A stretch of 64,000 nucleotides of DNA. Source: Vicugna vicugna (taxonomy: Eukaryota). The number at the start of each line of letters is the position of its first letter. Within the stretch, counting starts at the first letter, position 1. The notes under the pieces are model-generated. The model did not search any database. It saw only the letters and a program-made list of their open reading frames with translations, and was not told where the DNA came from. The stretch spans positions 1,054,001 through 1,118,000 of the forward strand of contig MU058221.1 in NCBI GenBank assembly GCA_013265495.1, read 5' to 3'. The translations under genes and the position numbers were made by a program. Shown in pieces: positions 60,190-64,000 of the stretch.

Positions 60190-62420
60190 ACGTGAAACCA
60201 CTGGGCCGCATGCTCGTTGTGTGCTGAAGTTCCGTGGAGCGGCCAGTGCAGTCCGCACCAGCAGTGGGTGAGGGTGTCCGCTGTCAGGCATCCTCAACAA
60301 CATGCTCTTGTGTGTTTGATTTTGACCATTTTAATAAGTGTCTAGTCCTGCCTCGTTGCGGTTTAACTGCCGCTGACTGATGGACAGTGATGTTGGACAT
60401 CTTTTCATGTCCTTGTTGTCCAGTCATAAATCTTCTGTTTCAGTGTCTCTCCAACTGCTTCTCTTGTTTAAAAATACTGGATGTAGGAGTTATTGTACCT
60501 ACTCTAGATATGAGACCTTCGTCAGAGACATGTGTTGTTAATACGTTCATCTTGATGATGTCAATCAGCTTTCTCTTCTTTTACTCTTAGTGGTTCTGAG
60601 TTCTGTCTAAAAGAATAGTTCTTATATCAAATTGTTAATGCTTCCTGTATTTACTTCTAGATGTTTCAGTTTCATATTTAGATCTAAAATCCACCCCTGT
60701 CAATTTGTATATATTGTGAGGGAGAGCTCAAGGGTTTTCCTCTGAATACGATTGTTCTAGTAATGTTTATGAGTATCTATTCCATTTGTTTTTATTTGCA
60801 TTCTTATCAAAAACATTTTACTGTATATATTGTACTTAATTCTGTCTTCTCTTCCACTGACTATTGCCTAGCCTTGCAAAGACCCACACTATTTTAATTA
60901 TTACAGTTATATAGTAAGACTTAAAATATGATCATGTGAGCCTCCTAAATTTACCTTGAAAAATCCATGGATTTTTTTGTCAATAGGTGAGTATTATTAG
61001 TAATATATGAATTTCTTGAAAAAAGCCACCTATGTTTTTAATTTGAATAGAATTGATTCTACACATTGATTTGTGAAAAAATTAGACATTTCTACAATAC
61101 TGATTATAACTCCTACGATCCGTTTATTTATTTAGGTCATTATTAGTTTTCTAATGTTCTGTGGCTTGAAGTATGCAGATTTTGCAGTTTGTTATACTTT
61201 TCTTTTTTTTGTATTTTCTACTATTTTGTTATAGTTTTCATTATGTGTTTTTCTACTATTATAGCCAGAACTTTTTTTTTTAATTTCTATTTTTTTTTGG
61301 TTTGTAAATAGAACTGCCTTTAATGTTTGCTTATTAAATTTCTTGTGGCTCTTGCTGATTTCACTTGTTAGATCTTGTAGGAGAAGATTTCTTTGTATTT
61401 TTACTTGAATAATCATGTCTTCCATTAACAAAAAAATGTATATAGAGCTTTTCCTTTCTGCTAATTATGTTATTCATTTATCTTCCCTTATTTTACTGCC
61501 TTGAGCCATCCATCAGTGCTGAACAGACGTTGTGGAAGACAATATCCTCGATATTGTTCTAAACTGAGGAGGAAACCAATCCATATTTTACCACTAAGTA
61601 GAGTGACAACTTGGTTTCCCACATTCCCTTTCTCAGTTTTAGAAAGCTTCCTTTTGTTTCTATTTGCTAAGAAGTTTTGACATGAACAGATAATTATTTT
61701 TTAAAATGATTTCTCTGCATTATTAAGATAAAAATATTTTCTTCCAATACATCCTGTTACTGTGAAGAAATACATGGTTGGATTTGAAATGTTGAATCAA
61801 CTTTGCATTTCTGAGCTACATCTCTCTTAATCATAAGGTGTTTTTCTGTTTTTAAAATTGCAAGAATCAAGTTGATAATTTTCTTAAGGATTTGGGTGTC
61901 TATGTTTGTGATCTTACTTGGTAAATTTCATCTTTTCTATGTTCTTAATGGAATATGGTGTTGGGTTTATAGTGGGTCATGAAACATGTTGGGGTGTCTT
62001 CCCATCTGCCATTTTTCTGACATAGTTGTGCACAATTAATTTTTTGTTAAGTGTTTGATAACATTCACTGTCAAAATTTGAAGCCAATGTGTTTCCGTAT
62101 TGTTTTTTAAAGATTACTGTAATTTATTTTATGCATAGGGCTTGTGAAGTTGTCTGCTTCATCTTGTGTCAATTTTGTGAGTTTTCTTTCTTCTTAAACA
62201 TGTGTTCCTTTCCCACGTTGTTGGCTTTCTCAGCATAAAGTTGTTCATATTATTCTCTAAATATCTTCTAATGTCTGTGGATGTGTGGCTACAACCCTCA
62301 ATCAACCCCTATTAATAGTTTGCTTTCCCTTCTCTGTTTCTTTTTTCTTGATAAGTCTTGTTACCAATTTTCTTAATTACTCAGATAATTAACATTTCCC
62401 TTCTGGTGATTTTCTCAATT
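60190..62420 (-). mobile_element. Old LINE-1 (L1M/L1ME) ORF2 remnant
   Basis: caccagcagtgggtgaggg...gatgttggacatcttttcatgtccttgttg; ataatcatgtcttccattaac (reverse LMEDMII, a degenerate ADDMI); gacaatatcctcgatattgttct; aaatgttgaatcaactttgcatttctg. Confidence 0.85.
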
Positions 62421-62623
62421 CTTCTCTGCTGGAGCAAGAAAAATCGTCATGTTGAATCGACTGCTACTGTATTTCGAGTCTTCCAGACTCTATTAGGTTC
62501 CACTTGCCCCCGCACCTTGGCTGGTAGCTCAGCCAGACTCTCCTTGACTGAGATGCTTTTTCAACAGGCCATACCGTCTGCCCGCTGGAACTGGCACCAT
62601 GAATCCGCCCCAGGAAACTACTG

Positions 62624-63010
62624 CAGGCTTCTCACACTCTCAAAACGCAGAGTGTTCCTATGAAACCTTTTATGAACCAAAATGCTGTAAAGAAAAGAAG
62701 CATTTGTGTCAGGGCACATCTTGCCAAGGGATGCACAAAATAAACTGAGATAAAGCACAAATGCTCAGACACAGTTGAAACCCGTAGCAGCGTGATGAGA
62801 TGCGGACTGCGGTGCCAGGGTGAGGAGCTTGGCAGGGCCGCTCAGGCTGTTCAGGGCGAGCCCTGCCTCCGCAGCGGCTCACTTTTGGCCTTTCTTCTTA
62901 AAAGCAAGAATCCTCCCCAGGTTTATTTCAGTTCAAAGCAGGTCCTAATGAAGTTCTTTCGTAAAAGTGAAGTGACATAAAACAAACCTTCATAACATGG
63001 AAGATACATG
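62624..63010 (-). mobile_element. Non-autonomous TcMar-Tigger-family DNA transposon
   Basis: The minus strand reads TA-CATGTATCTTCC...TCACTTCACTTTTACGAAAGA...GAGCATTTGTGCTTTATCTCAGTTTATTTTGTGCATCCCTTGGCAAGATGTG...GGTTTCATAGGAAC...GCCTG, matching a recalled Tigger MITE consensus. Confidence 0.75.
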
Positions 63011-63903
63011 TATGACTCTGTGTTCATCTGCGAATGGCAGGGTATTCCATTCGTCTGTGCCTCTTTGTAAACAGTGCTCTTTAGTAAGTCTTTTATTTAG
63101 ATTTTTGGAGTGTTTCTATGAAAGTTAAGATCTTACAAGGCCTTTTATATCATAAACAGAAATACCTCTCTAGAGGTACTTTTGATTTTTCTATGCCATT
63201 TTTATTTTCAAATTTTCTCAGATAAATATAAATTATTTTTAGATCTTAAATACAAATTGTGTTTCTTTAAGAAAAATAGAAACATTATTGACTTCCAGGC
63301 CTTTCCTTTTACCTTTATTTCCTTAAAAAAATTATTGTATACTGTATTGTATACTAATTGTGCAGTTAGAATTAACTGAAGAGGGCAGGATTTCATTTTC
63401 CACTCTAATTTGTTAATTGTGCATTGATCCTGTTTCTGGATGGATCGCCACCCGAGCAGGTAAGTCTAATGATGTAAAATCTAATTTGTAATTTAGCCAA
63501 AACATGGAAGCACATCCCTGAAAGTTTTCTCAGATGCATTTCCTTGCAGAGTTGTTGCTTTATAAAGTATTCTGTAGTATTCCTCTTCGTTTTGTAAAGA
63601 TAAATGTGCGATGAACGGACACAAAATTGTAAGACGTGGGTTTGCATTCCATCTCTGTATTGAATTATCATACGGGACAACAATGTCACGCTAATACCTA
63701 CTATGCTGAAAGAAGCAAATAGAAAAATAAACACAGCAGTTCCTTTAGCGCCAGAAAAACGCTATGTAATTGATCTTACTACTTAATTTTTAGCTCGTTG
63801 CACTTCTAGAGTGGATGCAGCACTGAATACCATGCAGCAGCATCGTCAGCCCACAAGCCTTGCAGTGGACCATATTAGAACATTTGAGTGTATGTTTCTC
63901 TTC

Positions 63904-63945
63904 ATATATATATATATATATATATATAGATAGATATAGATATAT
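63904..63945. repeat. (TA)n/(TAGA)n microsatellite
   Basis: Seen directly. Confidence 0.9.
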
Positions 63946-64000
63946 TGAAGCGTGCAGAAATGTAAATGTATTGACGAATTCTGGAAAAGAGTCAATATTC

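Noticed and set aside
1..64000. Prokaryotic operon, defence system or CRISPR array
   Set aside because: The DNA is mammalian and repeat-rich, with no gene-dense ORF structure and no regularly spaced repeat-spacer array.
1..64000. Inferring a host gene's direction from repeat orientation bias
   Set aside because: L1 and LTR elements occur on both strands in similar numbers, so there is no clear intronic antisense bias.

Overview
This is mammalian nuclear DNA (AT-rich, many interspersed repeats), not prokaryotic. Two short tRNA-derived SINEs of the Vic-1 type and the form of the youngest LINE-1 3' ends point to a camelid (camel, alpaca or llama). That assignment is inferred from recalled consensus sequences; no search was run. 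I found no intact protein-coding gene, RNA gene or CRISPR array. ORFs in the track with recognisable protein similarity are decayed LINE-1 ORF2 or retroviral pol. The window looks intergenic or deep-intronic. It holds young and old L1 pieces, L2, MIR, DNA transposon remnants (Tigger, MER5A, MER58, MER63), several solo LTRs, an ERVL provirus remnant and an ERV1 pol fragment. The least ordinary observations are an L1 5'UTR joined directly to an ERV1 RT fragment (19.0-20.2 kb), a CpG-rich TG...CA-bounded insert inside an old L1 (8.9-9.3 kb), an inverted pair of related young L1s, and weak candidate minus-strand exons that may belong to a lncRNA. The sequence alone does not support a new biological system. 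Repeat family names come from memory and boundaries of old repeats are approximate.
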